From the NCBI GenBank assembly GCA_041489355.1, contig JBGPRB010000001.1, positions 1 through 54,952 on the forward strand: a stretch of DNA of 54,952 nt. The letters are read 5' to 3'. This stretch comes from Dehalococcoidia bacterium. Lineage in GTDB: Bacteria > Chloroflexota > Dehalococcoidia > Dehalococcoidales > RBG-16-60-22. Positions within the stretch are counted from its first letter, which is position 1, and the number at the start of each line of letters is the position of its first letter. Of the stretch, positions 9,634 to 19,908 are shown piece by piece. The notes under the pieces were generated by a model. The model made no database searches. It saw only the letters and a list, made by a program, of their open reading frames with translations, and was not told the origin of the DNA. The position numbers and the translations under genes are program-made.

Positions 9634-10745
9634 CCTATAAAGTACCTTTTGTAGACTACCCCCTGCAGTACCAGCGCCTGGAGGGTGAACTCATGGCGAT
9701 GTTCAAAGACGTCCTCTTTACCAGGGCGGACTTTATACTCAGGGGTGACTTGGAGCGTTTTGAGCACAATATAGCCTCCTTTGTAGGGGTAAAACATGCA
9801 ATAGGCGTCGCCAGTGGTACCGATGCCTTAAACCTGTCTTTGCTGGCAGCGGGATTGCATCCCGGCGATGAGGTCATCACCGTCGCCCATACTTTTGTGG
9901 CTACCGTGGCCGCCATCATACATTGCGATGCGACTCCGATTCTGGTAGATGTCGGCGATGACCACAATATGAATATAGACCTGGTTGAAAAAGCTATCTC
10001 CCCCCGCACCCGCGCTATCATACCGGTCCACCTTAATGGGCGTATCTGCGATATGGGAAGATTAATGAGCATCGCTTCCCGCCACAACCTGCTGGTAATC
10101 GAGGATGCCGCCCAGGCCCTGGGGGCTACTTTTGACGGACAACAGGCCGGTTCCTTCGGTTTGACCGGCTGCTTCAGCTTTTTCCCCGCGAAAATCCTGG
10201 GGACAGCCGGTGACGGGGGACTTATCACCACTAACGATGATGAGGTCGCGGATAAGGTGCGCCTGCTCAGGGACAACGGGCAGCGGCGTTCGACGGGAGA
10301 CATTCTCTACTACGGTTTTAACAGCCGGCTGGACAATCTCCAGGCCGCTATCCTCGATTTGAAGCTGAAATACCTGCCGCAATGGATTGAGCGCCGACGG
10401 GAACTGGCCGGAATATATCATCAGGGATTATCAGATATCCCCGCTTTAAAGCTACCGCCGGCACCGCAGACAAATGGACACTACTTTGACGTGTTTCAAA
10501 ACTATGTAATACAGACACGGGATAGAGACAGACTTGTCCGGCACCTGAAGGATAGCGGCATCGAGGTGCTGATTTCCTGGCCCAAGCCCATGCACTATCA
10601 CAAAGCACTGGGGCTGACACATTTCCGGCTGCCAGAAACCGAGCAAATCTCACGAGAAGTTATCTCTCTGCCCATGAATACGGAGTTAAATAACGAGCAG
10701 GCTGAATACATAATAGAGTCAGTCCGCAAATTCTTCAAGAAATGA
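9630..10745 (+). CDS. DegT/DnrJ/EryC1/StrS-family PLP-dependent sugar aminotransferase
   Basis: I start at ATG 9630 (MTYKVPFVDYP, ATGA overlap with the E1 beta stop), not at the track start 9435. That start would add 65 aa overlapping E1 beta. Family hallmarks: GTDALNLSL, VIEDAAQALGA, FSFFPAKILG. Confidence 0.85.
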   Translation: MTYKVPFVDYPLQYQRLEGELMAMFKDVLFTRADFILRGDLERFEHNIASFVGVKHAIGVASGTDALNLSLLAAGLHPGDEVITVAHTFVATVAAIIHCDATPILVDVGDDHNMNIDLVEKAISPRTRAIIPVHLNGRICDMGRLMSIASRHNLLVIEDAAQALGATFDGQQAGSFGLTGCFSFFPAKILGTAGDGGLITTNDDEVADKVRLLRDNGQRRSTGDILYYGFNSRLDNLQAAILDLKLKYLPQWIERRRELAGIYHQGLSDIPALKLPPAPQTNGHYFDVFQNYVIQTRDRDRLVRHLKDSGIEVLISWPKPMHYHKALGLTHFRLPETEQISREVISLPMNTELNNEQAEYIIESVRKFFKK

Positions 10746-11533
10746 CGGGGAACATGAATGCAGGAAGAGACATGCCCGGCATCAGGCTGAACCAGAAGGA
10801 GCTGCAAACGATTTGCTGTCGCTACTATACGGCCGGCCGATTCGCCGCGGGAAAGAAAGTCCTGGAAGTAGGCTGCGGGGCCGGGCTGGGGCTGGGTTAT
10901 CTCTCTAAAAAAGCACAGTCGGTGATAGGAGGGGATATTTCCGAAGATGCTCTGAAAGAGGCCCGGGGTCACTACCAGAAACGTGTCGAACTCGTCCGCC
11001 TGGATGCCCATAAACTCCCCTTCCGTGACGCCTGCTTTGATACGGTCGTAGCCATGGAAATTCTTTATTATTTGCCCCACCCGGACGAGTTCCTCGATGA
11101 GTGCCGCCGAGTCCTGGCGGATAGCGGTACTCTTGTCCTCTGCATCGGCAACAAAGACTATCCTGCTCCGCCATCGCGGAGCTATAACCTCTCCACCCCG
11201 GAATTATCCGCCCTCCTCAAGCGCCATTTCAATGCCGAAATTTTCGGGGCTTTTCCCGGAGAAGAAAACCCGGATAAAATAAAGTCCAAGGCTGAAACAC
11301 GCAAAATCGCCGGGAGAATCCTGGGCATTTTCCCGGGGGGAAAAGGACTTGTCAGCCGTCTCGGAAACTTAACCAATAATAGGAACCTGCGACTGCCGGC
11401 GGAACTCGAGGAAAAAGACATGACGGCAGAGAATTTTAAGCTCACCCCTATCGCCACCGATTACCCTGACACCAGGCACAGGTTTCTCTATGCTATAGCC
11501 CATACTCGCAAAATATCGCTTAATAACAGGTAA
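10742..11533 (+). CDS. Class I SAM-dependent methyltransferase
   Basis: 263 aa. SAM motif I VLEVGCGAGLGLGY. ATGA overlap with the upstream gene. Confidence 0.7.
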   Translation: MTGNMNAGRDMPGIRLNQKELQTICCRYYTAGRFAAGKKVLEVGCGAGLGLGYLSKKAQSVIGGDISEDALKEARGHYQKRVELVRLDAHKLPFRDACFDTVVAMEILYYLPHPDEFLDECRRVLADSGTLVLCIGNKDYPAPPSRSYNLSTPELSALLKRHFNAEIFGAFPGEENPDKIKSKAETRKIAGRILGIFPGGKGLVSRLGNLTNNRNLRLPAELEEKDMTAENFKLTPIATDYPDTRHRFLYAIAHTRKISLNNR

Positions 11534-11549
11534 AAGGAAGGACCAGTAA

Positions 11550-12446
11550 TTGAAGAAAATATTATTTGCGATTTTTCAAAAAGCCTGCAAGCTTGTCGAC
11601 GGCACGGGGATAAGCCGAATCCCAGGTATCCTGGGACTCTATAATTTCCTGTTCCGGCGCCTGTGGATTCATAAAAGCATTATAGAGATACAGGGCAGCA
11701 AGATGTACGTCAACACCGAGGGGTTACCCAGGCGTTATGAGCAGGCTTTCCAGGGCTATATCACCCTCAACTGGGAAAAAATCACTACGGAGATGTTTAA
11801 AGAAGCCGTCAAAGAAGGGGATGTTGTCGTCGATATCGGAGCCAACATGGGATATTTTACGCTCCTCGCCTCCAGACTGGTAGGCAAGACCGGCAAAGTG
11901 TACGCCTTCGAGCCTGAACCGACCAATTACAGCCTGTTGCTTAAGAATATCGAACTCAACGGCTACGATAACGTAGTGCCCGTCCAGAAAGCGGTTTCCA
12001 ATAAGTCCGGCAAGGTCAAACTGTTCGTCTCCGAGGAAGACGCCGGTAACAGCACCATCTTCCAGTACGGCGATGGCCGTAAATTCATCGAGGTAGAAGC
12101 CGTGACCCTGGACGACTTTTTCGCTGATAAAAAGCACCCCATCAATGTAATTAAGATGGACGCCGAGGGGGCCGAGATGGCTGTCCTCCTCGGGATGGAT
12201 AGAATTATCCGGGATAACCAGGATATCAAGATATTTTCCGAGCTGTACCCGGAATTGATGACGACCATGGGATACTCTCCAGAGGACTATATTCACAGAC
12301 TGATGGATGAATACCACTTCTCCGTCCTGCCTATAGACCGCTTACCGGAGGGTATAAAAAACCGGCCACACCTCAATAACACTGCCGAACTCCAACGCCT
12401 GTTTGAAAAAGTAAATGTGATAAATCTGTTCATCAAGAGGATGTAA
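11550..12446 (+). CDS. FkbM-family methyltransferase
   Basis: 298 aa. VVDIGANMGYFTL...VYAFEPEPTNY...IKMDAEGAE pattern typical of FkbM-type methyltransferases. Confidence 0.75.
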   Translation: MKKILFAIFQKACKLVDGTGISRIPGILGLYNFLFRRLWIHKSIIEIQGSKMYVNTEGLPRRYEQAFQGYITLNWEKITTEMFKEAVKEGDVVVDIGANMGYFTLLASRLVGKTGKVYAFEPEPTNYSLLLKNIELNGYDNVVPVQKAVSNKSGKVKLFVSEEDAGNSTIFQYGDGRKFIEVEAVTLDDFFADKKHPINVIKMDAEGAEMAVLLGMDRIIRDNQDIKIFSELYPELMTTMGYSPEDYIHRLMDEYHFSVLPIDRLPEGIKNRPHLNNTAELQRLFEKVNVINLFIKRM

Positions 12447-12461
12447 ACTGATAGCAGGAAA

Positions 12462-14471
12462 ATGAGCTTCAAATCATTGGTAATCATCGAAGAACCAAGC
12501 CAGATAGATGCGCTTATATCCCTGGCCAAAGCCGGGCGGGAGGAAAATGCGGAGCCGGTGCTTGTTGCCTTGAACAGTAGTGTCAAGTGTGAACTGGGCA
12601 AGAGGGGATTGAGCTTCAAAACGTATGAGGACTACGGGTTTTTAGAGGAATCGACGGAGTATGTAGATATAGATGGCAAAGGGTTCGACTGGTTGCGGTC
12701 AACGATTAATATCAAAATAGACCGCAACAAGAACCTTAAGGAAGCACTGACTTACGATGGTGCCTCAATCTGGTGGCTGGTTGAAGAGCAAATTTACAGC
12801 AGTCGTTTTGCCTTCCATAGCCTGGGGGAAATTATCAAAAGGGTCTTTTTACTCGATTGTATTATTAAAACCGAAGCCCCGTCCACGGTCTGTTATGCCG
12901 ATAATGGCACATCGGCCTCTATCGTTACGGGATTTATATGTAAAAAAAGAAATATCGCCACTGCAACCATCTGCCGTTCCTCCGCCATCCGGCGGTACTT
13001 GTCTCATCAGCTAAAGGCTTTCCTTTTTATCTACGGCCAATGGCTGAGAATACTGGCACGAAAGAAATACTGGGCTCTTCTAGGCAAAAGCGCCATATCT
13101 AGAAACCTGCCGATAAAAAGAAAAATCCTGATATTTTCGGGGCCAAGCTGGATAACCGAGTATAGTCTACTAACCAAGAAACTAAGGAAAAGTGACGTAT
13201 TTTTTGGTTCAACCATTGATTTATTAAAAAACGATAGCGAAATAGTCTTTGTTGATATCCCCATAGGCAACTGGGGCCTGACCACGCTGAAGGAGAAAAA
13301 CCAGCAGCGGGACATTATCCGCCGACCCTTTGAATACTATCTCAACATGAAAATTGTCTTAAAGGCGCTGAAGGAATCGAATAAACTCCACCGTGATTAC
13401 CGACTGTTGAGTCGGTCAGCAGGTTTCAGAGACTCGTTGAACTATAACGGACTTCCTCTTCAGGAATTAATCGGTCGGAATCTGTCCATCTTCTTTTCAT
13501 GGCCATACCTGGCAATAATCATCGCCTTCATCGAGATGGCTAACCGGATGCTGGCGATAGAGAATCCGGAAATAGTTTTGCTCGGCGGTGAGTCATACAC
13601 CGAGGGGAGGGCATTAATTAACCGGGCAAAATTGAGAGACATACCAACACTGCTCCTTCAGCACGGCCTGTATTACCGCTACGTCATGTATTACAATCAT
13701 ATAGACGGGGATATCGGCCCGAATAAAGAAGCCACGGCCCCGTACTGCCCGATTCCCGATAAGTTCGCCATGCAGGATAAATACACTAAAGACATCATGG
13801 TAAGGTACGGGAAAATATCGGTAGAAGACGTGATTATTACGGGCGTGCCGAGATACGATATATTTACCAGAGCCAATGAGATTCTCAATAGAGAGGAAAT
13901 TTTCCGCAAATTGCAGCTGGACCCGGACAAGAAATTAGTTACCTGGATGACACAGCCCAGCGCCACGGATGAACGCAATATTAGCGCCGTGTACAACGCC
14001 ATGAAGTCACTTAAGGATGCCCAGCTTGTGGTAAAATTACACCCTTCACAGGAAGTGGAAGGGTCGGTATACCTCAAAGACAGGTCCTATATACCGCTGG
14101 TTATCAGTGGCGAGGGTGCCATCACCTTAGAGTTATTATATGCCTCCGACATCATAATAGCCTGGCAAAGCACTGTGGCTATAGAAGCGTTAATACTGGA
14201 CAAGCCATTAATCGTGATAAATTTTATCGGTAAACCGGTGCCGCCACCATATGTAGACGCTGGTGCCGCCATATATGTCGATAAAGAGGATAAGCTCAAG
14301 CCGGCAATCGAAAGCATATTGTATGACCGCGAGGCCCAGCAGAGACTTTCAGCAGCGAGACACCGTTTCCTCTCCGATAACGGCTACCGGTTGGACGGTC
14401 AGGCATCAAAGAGAGTGGCCGATTTAGTGGTGAGTATGATTGAGGAATCAAAAAACAAAAAGCGGCGGTAA
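12462..14471 (+). CDS. Large uncharacterised protein; C-terminal half resembles a GT-B (TagF/capsule-synthesis-like) transferase
   Basis: 669 aa and visibly more AT-rich than its neighbours. C-terminal pattern LVTWMTQPSA...VVKLHPSQ...LLYASDIIIAWQSTVAIEALILDKPLIVINF recalls TagF-like/capsule polymerases. No firm family assignment is possible by eye. Confidence 0.4.
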   Translation: MSFKSLVIIEEPSQIDALISLAKAGREENAEPVLVALNSSVKCELGKRGLSFKTYEDYGFLEESTEYVDIDGKGFDWLRSTINIKIDRNKNLKEALTYDGASIWWLVEEQIYSSRFAFHSLGEIIKRVFLLDCIIKTEAPSTVCYADNGTSASIVTGFICKKRNIATATICRSSAIRRYLSHQLKAFLFIYGQWLRILARKKYWALLGKSAISRNLPIKRKILIFSGPSWITEYSLLTKKLRKSDVFFGSTIDLLKNDSEIVFVDIPIGNWGLTTLKEKNQQRDIIRRPFEYYLNMKIVLKALKESNKLHRDYRLLSRSAGFRDSLNYNGLPLQELIGRNLSIFFSWPYLAIIIAFIEMANRMLAIENPEIVLLGGESYTEGRALINRAKLRDIPTLLLQHGLYYRYVMYYNHIDGDIGPNKEATAPYCPIPDKFAMQDKYTKDIMVRYGKISVEDVIITGVPRYDIFTRANEILNREEIFRKLQLDPDKKLVTWMTQPSATDERNISAVYNAMKSLKDAQLVVKLHPSQEVEGSVYLKDRSYIPLVISGEGAITLELLYASDIIIAWQSTVAIEALILDKPLIVINFIGKPVPPPYVDAGAAIYVDKEDKLKPAIESILYDREAQQRLSAARHRFLSDNGYRLDGQASKRVADLVVSMIEESKNKKRR

Positions 14472-14474
14472 ATA

Positions 14475-15473
14475 ATGGGGGATAACTTAAAATTTTTAAT
14501 CGCGGGTTTTGGCTCCATCGGGAAAAGACACTTCGATAATTTAGAAAAGTGCGGGAACATTGAGATAAGTGTCCTGACCAGGAGGGGGTTAAAAATCCCT
14601 AATACCAGAGTCTATGGTTCGCTGGAAGAGGTCGGGCAGAAAAACTTCGACGCCGTTTTTATTGCCAACGAAACATCCTTTCATATACCGACGGCACTAT
14701 TTTTTGCCGAAAGGGGATGTAATCTCTTCATAGAGAAGCCACTATCAAACAACCTTGAAAATATCGATAAGTTAAAGGCTGCGGTAAATAGCCATCACCT
14801 GAAAGTTATGATAGGCTGCAACATGAGGTTTCACCCCGTGTTACAATTATTAAAAGACCTTGTCCGGAAGGGAGAAATTGGCCGCGTGGTGTCGGCAAGA
14901 ATTGAAGCCGGGCAGTACCTGCCCGACTGGCATCCAGAGCGCGACTACAGGGATTCCTACAGCGCCCGCGAGGAAAAGGGGGGAGGAGTTATTCTGGACT
15001 TGATACATGAACTCGATGGCGCCTACTGGCTTTTCGGGGAAGCCAGAAAAGTTACCTGCTTTAGCGGCAAGCAGAGCGGCCTGGAAATAGACACCGAGGA
15101 CCTGGCGGAAATTCTGATGGAATTCAAAGATAATGTATTATGTTCAGTGCATCTGGATTACATTCAACGATACCCGAGCCGCACCATTAAGCTGGTCGGT
15201 ACGGAAGGCACTATTTTGGCCGACCTGATTGCCAACAAGATTGAAATTTTCAAAGCGACCGGGAGTGAATGGGAGACTATCGATTTGGACAGAGGTTTCG
15301 AGAGAAATACAATGTATTTAGATGAAGTAAAAAGCTTTATCGATTACATTCGCGGTATAATTAAAGAGTCGCCGATAAGTTTACAGGATGGGATAAAAGT
15401 CCTTCAGTTAGCTATCGCGGCTAAACAATCATCGCTTTCCGGGAAGGCGATTGAAATCAAGGACATAGCGTAG
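14475..15473 (+). CDS. Gfo/Idh/MocA-family NAD(P)-dependent oxidoreductase
   Basis: 332 aa. N-terminal Rossmann segment FLIAGFGSIGKRH and EKPL motif (LFIEKPLS). Confidence 0.8.
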   Translation: MGDNLKFLIAGFGSIGKRHFDNLEKCGNIEISVLTRRGLKIPNTRVYGSLEEVGQKNFDAVFIANETSFHIPTALFFAERGCNLFIEKPLSNNLENIDKLKAAVNSHHLKVMIGCNMRFHPVLQLLKDLVRKGEIGRVVSARIEAGQYLPDWHPERDYRDSYSAREEKGGGVILDLIHELDGAYWLFGEARKVTCFSGKQSGLEIDTEDLAEILMEFKDNVLCSVHLDYIQRYPSRTIKLVGTEGTILADLIANKIEIFKATGSEWETIDLDRGFERNTMYLDEVKSFIDYIRGIIKESPISLQDGIKVLQLAIAAKQSSLSGKAIEIKDIA

Positions 15474-15480
15474 GTTTACC

Positions 15481-16170
15481 ATGAATATCGTAGCGACTAT
15501 CTGTGCAAGGGGCGGTTCCAAGGGAGTGCCGCGGAAGAATATACGCCCGCTCTGCGGCAAACCCCTGATAGTTCACACTATTGAAATTGCCCAAAAGTGC
15601 CGGCTGATTAACAGGATAATCGTATCTACCGATGACCGGGAGATTGCGGAAACAGCCAGAAAAGCCGGCGCCGAAGTCCCCTTCATGAGGCCTAAGGAAC
15701 TGGCGCAGGACGACACGGCTAAACTGCCCGTGATTAAACATGCAATTCAATTCCTGGAATCCCAGGGATACTCTCCTGACATCGTGGTTGACCTGGACCC
15801 TACTTCTCCCCTCAGGACGGAAAAGGATATAGAAGCCTGTATCCGCATGGTCATGGCTGGCGAAGCCGATAATGTTTTCAGCGTCACCAGAGCCAGCAAG
15901 AGTCCGTATTTCAATATGGTTGAAATCATCGACGGCAAGGTACGACTGGTGAAGCAGCTTGACCGCCCGGCGAAGAGAAGGCAGGACGCTCCCGAAGTAT
16001 ATGATATGAATGCCTCCATCTATGTATGGAAAAGAGACGCCTTGATGAACAATGAGACCATCTACCTGGAAAACACCAGAATTTATCTCATGCCGAAATG
16101 GGCGATTGATATTGACGATGAAACGGATTTTGAATTTGTCGAGTATATGCTGAGCAGGAGAATCAAATAA
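15481..16170 (+). CDS. neuA: Acylneuraminate (NulO) cytidylyltransferase, NeuA/LegF-like
   Basis: 229 aa. IVATICARGGSKGVPRKNIRPLCGKPLI is the CMP-NulO synthetase (CTP_transf_3) signature. Confidence 0.85.
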   Translation: MNIVATICARGGSKGVPRKNIRPLCGKPLIVHTIEIAQKCRLINRIIVSTDDREIAETARKAGAEVPFMRPKELAQDDTAKLPVIKHAIQFLESQGYSPDIVVDLDPTSPLRTEKDIEACIRMVMAGEADNVFSVTRASKSPYFNMVEIIDGKVRLVKQLDRPAKRRQDAPEVYDMNASIYVWKRDALMNNETIYLENTRIYLMPKWAIDIDDETDFEFVEYMLSRRIK

Positions 16171-16970
16171 TGCTGGAGTGTTTTGAAATTAAGAATAAAG
16201 TAATTCTCATCACCGGGGCGCTGGGCATTCTGGGGAGTACCTACACCGATGGCTTCTCCAGGCAGGGCGCTAATGTCGTCATTGTCGATCTGGACGGCGG
16301 ACTCTGTGAACAAAAGGCTAAGGAAATCGCTAAAAAGCATGGCACCAAATCACTAGGCATCGGCTGTGACATAACCGATAAAAAGGCGGTTGCCGGTATG
16401 GTCCAAAAGGTCATTTCTAAATACGACCGTATCGACGTATTGATTAACAATGCCGCCACACAAACGGAGCATTTCTTCGAGTCGTTTGAGGAATACCGCC
16501 CGGAAGATTGGAATAAAGTGATGGACGTAAACATCACCGGAATGTTCTTATGCTGCCAGGCGGTTGCCGGGGAGATGGAAAAGAAAAAGAGCGGCAGCAT
16601 TATCAATATCGCTTCAATCTACGGCGTTACAGCCCCGGACCAGAGGCTTTATGAGGGGGCGGTTTACCGGGGAAAACAGATTAATACGCCCGCTGTCTAC
16701 TCGGCGAGCAAGGGGGCCGTTATCAGCCTTACCCGCTATTTGTCTACCTATCTGGCTCCATATGGCATCAGGGTCAATGCGATAACACCCGGAGGGGTCT
16801 TTAGTGGACAGAATGAAGCCTTCATTAAAAAATATAGCGAGAGGTGCCCTCTGGGCAGGATGGCTAAGCCTGAAGAAATATTTAATGCCGTTTATTTCCT
16901 GGCCAGCGATGCCTCAAGCTATATTACCGGGCATAATCTCATCGTGGATGGCGGCTGGACGGTATGGTAA
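16170..16970 (+). CDS. Short-chain dehydrogenase/reductase (classical SDR)
   Basis: 266 aa. ITGALGILGS, NNAA, and SASKGAV (YxxxK: YSASK). Confidence 0.85.
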   Translation: MLECFEIKNKVILITGALGILGSTYTDGFSRQGANVVIVDLDGGLCEQKAKEIAKKHGTKSLGIGCDITDKKAVAGMVQKVISKYDRIDVLINNAATQTEHFFESFEEYRPEDWNKVMDVNITGMFLCCQAVAGEMEKKKSGSIINIASIYGVTAPDQRLYEGAVYRGKQINTPAVYSASKGAVISLTRYLSTYLAPYGIRVNAITPGGVFSGQNEAFIKKYSERCPLGRMAKPEEIFNAVYFLASDASSYITGHNLIVDGGWTVW

Positions 16971-17019
16971 GGAAAAATCAATTAAGTGCTCTTAACCTGA
17001 TAATATTGCCGTAAAAAAT

Positions 17020-17892
17020 ATGCCAAATATAAGAGTTATCCCGCGATTGGACATCAAAGGGCCTAACCTGGTAAAGGGAATCCACCTGGAAGGGCTCCGT
17101 GTACTGGGGAAACCGTGGGACTTCGCCTATAAATACTACCAGGATGGTGCCGATGAGCTGATATACATCGACGCCGTCGCCAGTCTTTACGGGAGAAACA
17201 ACCTGCTGGACATCGTCAGGAAGACAGCCGCGGAAATTTTCGTACCGCTGACGGTTGGAGGTGGTGTCAGGTCGCTGGAAGACATCAGGCAGTTGCTCAG
17301 GGCAGGGGCCGATAAGGTAGCCATCAACACCGCCGCTATCCACCACCCGGAGCTCATCCGTGAAAGCGCCAGGGAATTCGGGTCCCAGTGTATCGTTGTC
17401 TCAATTCAGGCCAAGCGTATCGAAAAGGACTATCTGGCGTTTACCGATAATGCCAGGGAAAACTCAGGAAAAGACGTGTACGATTGGACGAAGAAGGTGG
17501 TTGAGCTTGGGGCGGGTGAGATTCTGTTAACCTCAATTGACCGGGAAGGAACCGGACAGGGATACGACCTTGAACTCATCCAGAAAGTAGCCGAAGCCGT
17601 ACCGGTTCCTGTTATCGCGCACGGAGGTTGTGGTAAGCCGGAACACCTGAAAGAAGTCATTCAAAAGGGTAAAGCCGATGCGATATGCGCTGCGTCGGTT
17701 TTTCACTATCATTACCTTGAGCATGAAATCGACCCCAGCCAGTATAGCGATGAAGGTAATATCGAGTTCATGAGAAAAAGAAGGGGGAGCCTTACCTTCA
17801 TGACCGACCGAATCGTTCCCATGGGGATTAAAGATATAAAAAAAATCTTACTGGAATCCGGAATAGAATGTAGAGACGATGGGGTGAGTTGA
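17020..17892 (+). CDS. HisF-like cyclase subunit, glycosyl-amidation associated (WbuZ-like)
   Basis: 290 aa. IPRLDIKGPNLVKG...GADELIYIDA...GGGVRS...GADKVAINTAA is the imidazole-glycerol-phosphate synthase cyclase fold. It sits in a glycan locus beside a sugar amidotransferase. Confidence 0.85.
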   Translation: MPNIRVIPRLDIKGPNLVKGIHLEGLRVLGKPWDFAYKYYQDGADELIYIDAVASLYGRNNLLDIVRKTAAEIFVPLTVGGGVRSLEDIRQLLRAGADKVAINTAAIHHPELIRESAREFGSQCIVVSIQAKRIEKDYLAFTDNARENSGKDVYDWTKKVVELGAGEILLTSIDREGTGQGYDLELIQKVAEAVPVPVIAHGGCGKPEHLKEVIQKGKADAICAASVFHYHYLEHEIDPSQYSDEGNIEFMRKRRGSLTFMTDRIVPMGIKDIKKILLESGIECRDDGVS

Positions 17893-17893
17893 T

Positions 17894-18571
17894 TTGAAAG
17901 CTCAACCAAACGCCACCATTATCGATTACGGAAGAGGCAACCTGTTCAGCATTGAAAGAGCCGTCAGACATGCTGGCGGTAAAGCTGAAATAACGGATGA
18001 CCCTGCCAGAATAGCTTCTGCCGATAGACTGATTCTGCCCGGCGTCGGTGCCTTCGGAGAAGGAATATCCAAACTCAAGGAGAAAGGCATTGACGAAGCA
18101 ATATATCAATTTGTGCAAACAGCGAGACCCTTCTTTGGAATCTGCCTGGGGATGCAGCTTATCTTTAACGAAAGTCATGAATTCGGACTTCATCAAGGGC
18201 TCGGTTTAATCAAAGGGAAGGTGATACGGTTTCAAGACCCTAGAAAAGAAGGGCCACATTTCAAGATACCGCACATCGAATGGAGCAAAATAGAATTTCC
18301 GGAATCAATAAAAGCTTCGAATATCGCCGATAGCAGTCCCTGGCAGGGTACTATTTTACAGGGACTGAATTCGGGTAGTTACTTCTATTTTGTACATTCG
18401 TTCATCTGCGTCCCTGACGATATCGAAAGTGCACTGGCCGAATCCACGTATGGTGAAGACCGTTTCTGTTCTGTGGTACATAAGGATAATATATGGGGAT
18501 GCCAATTTCATCCCGAAAGGAGCGGGAGTAACGGCTTTAGTATCTACCAAAACTTTCTTTTTAACCTGTAA
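17894..18571 (+). CDS. HisH-like class I glutamine amidotransferase subunit (WbuY-like)
   Basis: 225 aa, TTG start. IIDYGRGNLFS, catalytic Cys in GICLGMQL, and His/Glu in CQFHPERS. Confidence 0.85.
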   Translation: MKAQPNATIIDYGRGNLFSIERAVRHAGGKAEITDDPARIASADRLILPGVGAFGEGISKLKEKGIDEAIYQFVQTARPFFGICLGMQLIFNESHEFGLHQGLGLIKGKVIRFQDPRKEGPHFKIPHIEWSKIEFPESIKASNIADSSPWQGTILQGLNSGSYFYFVHSFICVPDDIESALAESTYGEDRFCSVVHKDNIWGCQFHPERSGSNGFSIYQNFLFNL

Positions 18572-18649
18572 GCCCGGCTATCCAATATTCAATCAGTACA
18601 CAGTTGCTATTCAATTTTCAACCGTTTATACTGGGCGGAGAAGAAAATT

Positions 18650-19861
18650 ATGTTATTCGGAAAAACTCTTGACAGACAGTTAGAAAAAAGACCGCAGGAA
18701 ATAATATTCTGCAAAAAATGCGTTGTCTCAAATCAAAGACCCAGAATTATACTTGATGAAAACGGGGTGTGCAGCGCCTGTAATTATGCCTATGAAAAAC
18801 ATCATGTGATTGATTGGGATGAAAGAGAAAAAATGCTTCTTGAGCTGTTGGCCAGGCACCGCTCCAAAGACGGCAACTATGACTGTATCGTCCCCGGTAG
18901 CGGCGGCAAGGACAGCGGTTACGTTTCCCACCAGCTAAAATACAAATACGGCATGCATCCGCTCACCATCACCTGGGCCCCCTTTGAATACACCGACATC
19001 GGGTGGCAAAATTACCTGAGCTGGAAAGACTCGGGTTTTGATAACCTGCTCTGCTTCCCCAACGGAATCCTCCATCGTAAACTTTCCCGATTGGCTTTCG
19101 AACTCCTGGGGGATGCCTGGGAACCTTTTGCCTATGGTCAGAAGGCTTACGCTTTCCAGATTGCCGCCAGGTTTAAAATCCCGCTGCTGTTTTATGGCGA
19201 GAGCGGCGAAATTGAATACGGGGGTTCCATAAAAAATAAGGAGAGGCCGTTCGAAAACCCGGATGACTGGAAAGAACTCTACTATAAAGGGTCGGGAATC
19301 GACGATTTAATTCAACACGGACTGGAAGCAGGGGTTTTCACCAAAGACGAGATTAAAAATAACCCGTTACAGCTATACCGTCCCCCCGATTCCGAGGAAC
19401 TGGTCAAAATCGGCGCGGAGATGCACTGGTTTTCATTTTACAAAAAATTTGTACCGCAGGAAAATTATTATTACTGCGTTGAAAATACCGGATTTCAAGC
19501 CAATCCCGAGCACTCCGAGGGTACTTATTCCAAATACGCCAGCCTGGATGACAAACAGGATGGCTTTCATTTTTATCTGGCTTATATCAAATTCGGCATA
19601 GCCAGGGCTACTTCCGATGCCGCCCACGAAATAAGAGACGGACATCTTACCCGGGACGAGGGTATCGCCCTGGTCCGCCGTTATGACGGAGCCTTTCCCA
19701 ACAGACACTTTAAGTGGTTTTTGAACTATCTGAATATAACGGAAGAAGAGTTCTGGGAAGTTATCAATCTTTACCGGACCATTTCGCCCCATGTCTGGAG
19801 GAATGTTGGCGGAGAGTGGAAGCTGAGACACAACGTATGGGGCGGAGGGGTTGACGACTAA
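18650..19861 (+). CDS. N-acetyl sugar amidotransferase (PP-loop ATPase; WbuX/WbpG/PseA-like)
   Basis: 403 aa. N-terminal Cys pairs (CKKC...CSAC) and PP-loop VPGSGGKDS. Directly follows the HisF/HisH-like pair. Confidence 0.75.
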   Translation: MLFGKTLDRQLEKRPQEIIFCKKCVVSNQRPRIILDENGVCSACNYAYEKHHVIDWDEREKMLLELLARHRSKDGNYDCIVPGSGGKDSGYVSHQLKYKYGMHPLTITWAPFEYTDIGWQNYLSWKDSGFDNLLCFPNGILHRKLSRLAFELLGDAWEPFAYGQKAYAFQIAARFKIPLLFYGESGEIEYGGSIKNKERPFENPDDWKELYYKGSGIDDLIQHGLEAGVFTKDEIKNNPLQLYRPPDSEELVKIGAEMHWFSFYKKFVPQENYYYCVENTGFQANPEHSEGTYSKYASLDDKQDGFHFYLAYIKFGIARATSDAAHEIRDGHLTRDEGIALVRRYDGAFPNRHFKWFLNYLNITEEEFWEVINLYRTISPHVWRNVGGEWKLRHNVWGGGVDD

Positions 19862-19908
19862 ACAGAAGAGCCACATTAAAAGGCCCGGACAATTTTACAT
19901 CACCTCCA

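Noticed and set aside
17020-18571. hisF and hisH as histidine biosynthesis genes
   Set aside because: They sit inside a glycan operon directly upstream of a PP-loop sugar amidotransferase, and no other his genes are nearby. They fit the WbuZ/WbuY glycosyl-amidation paralogues.
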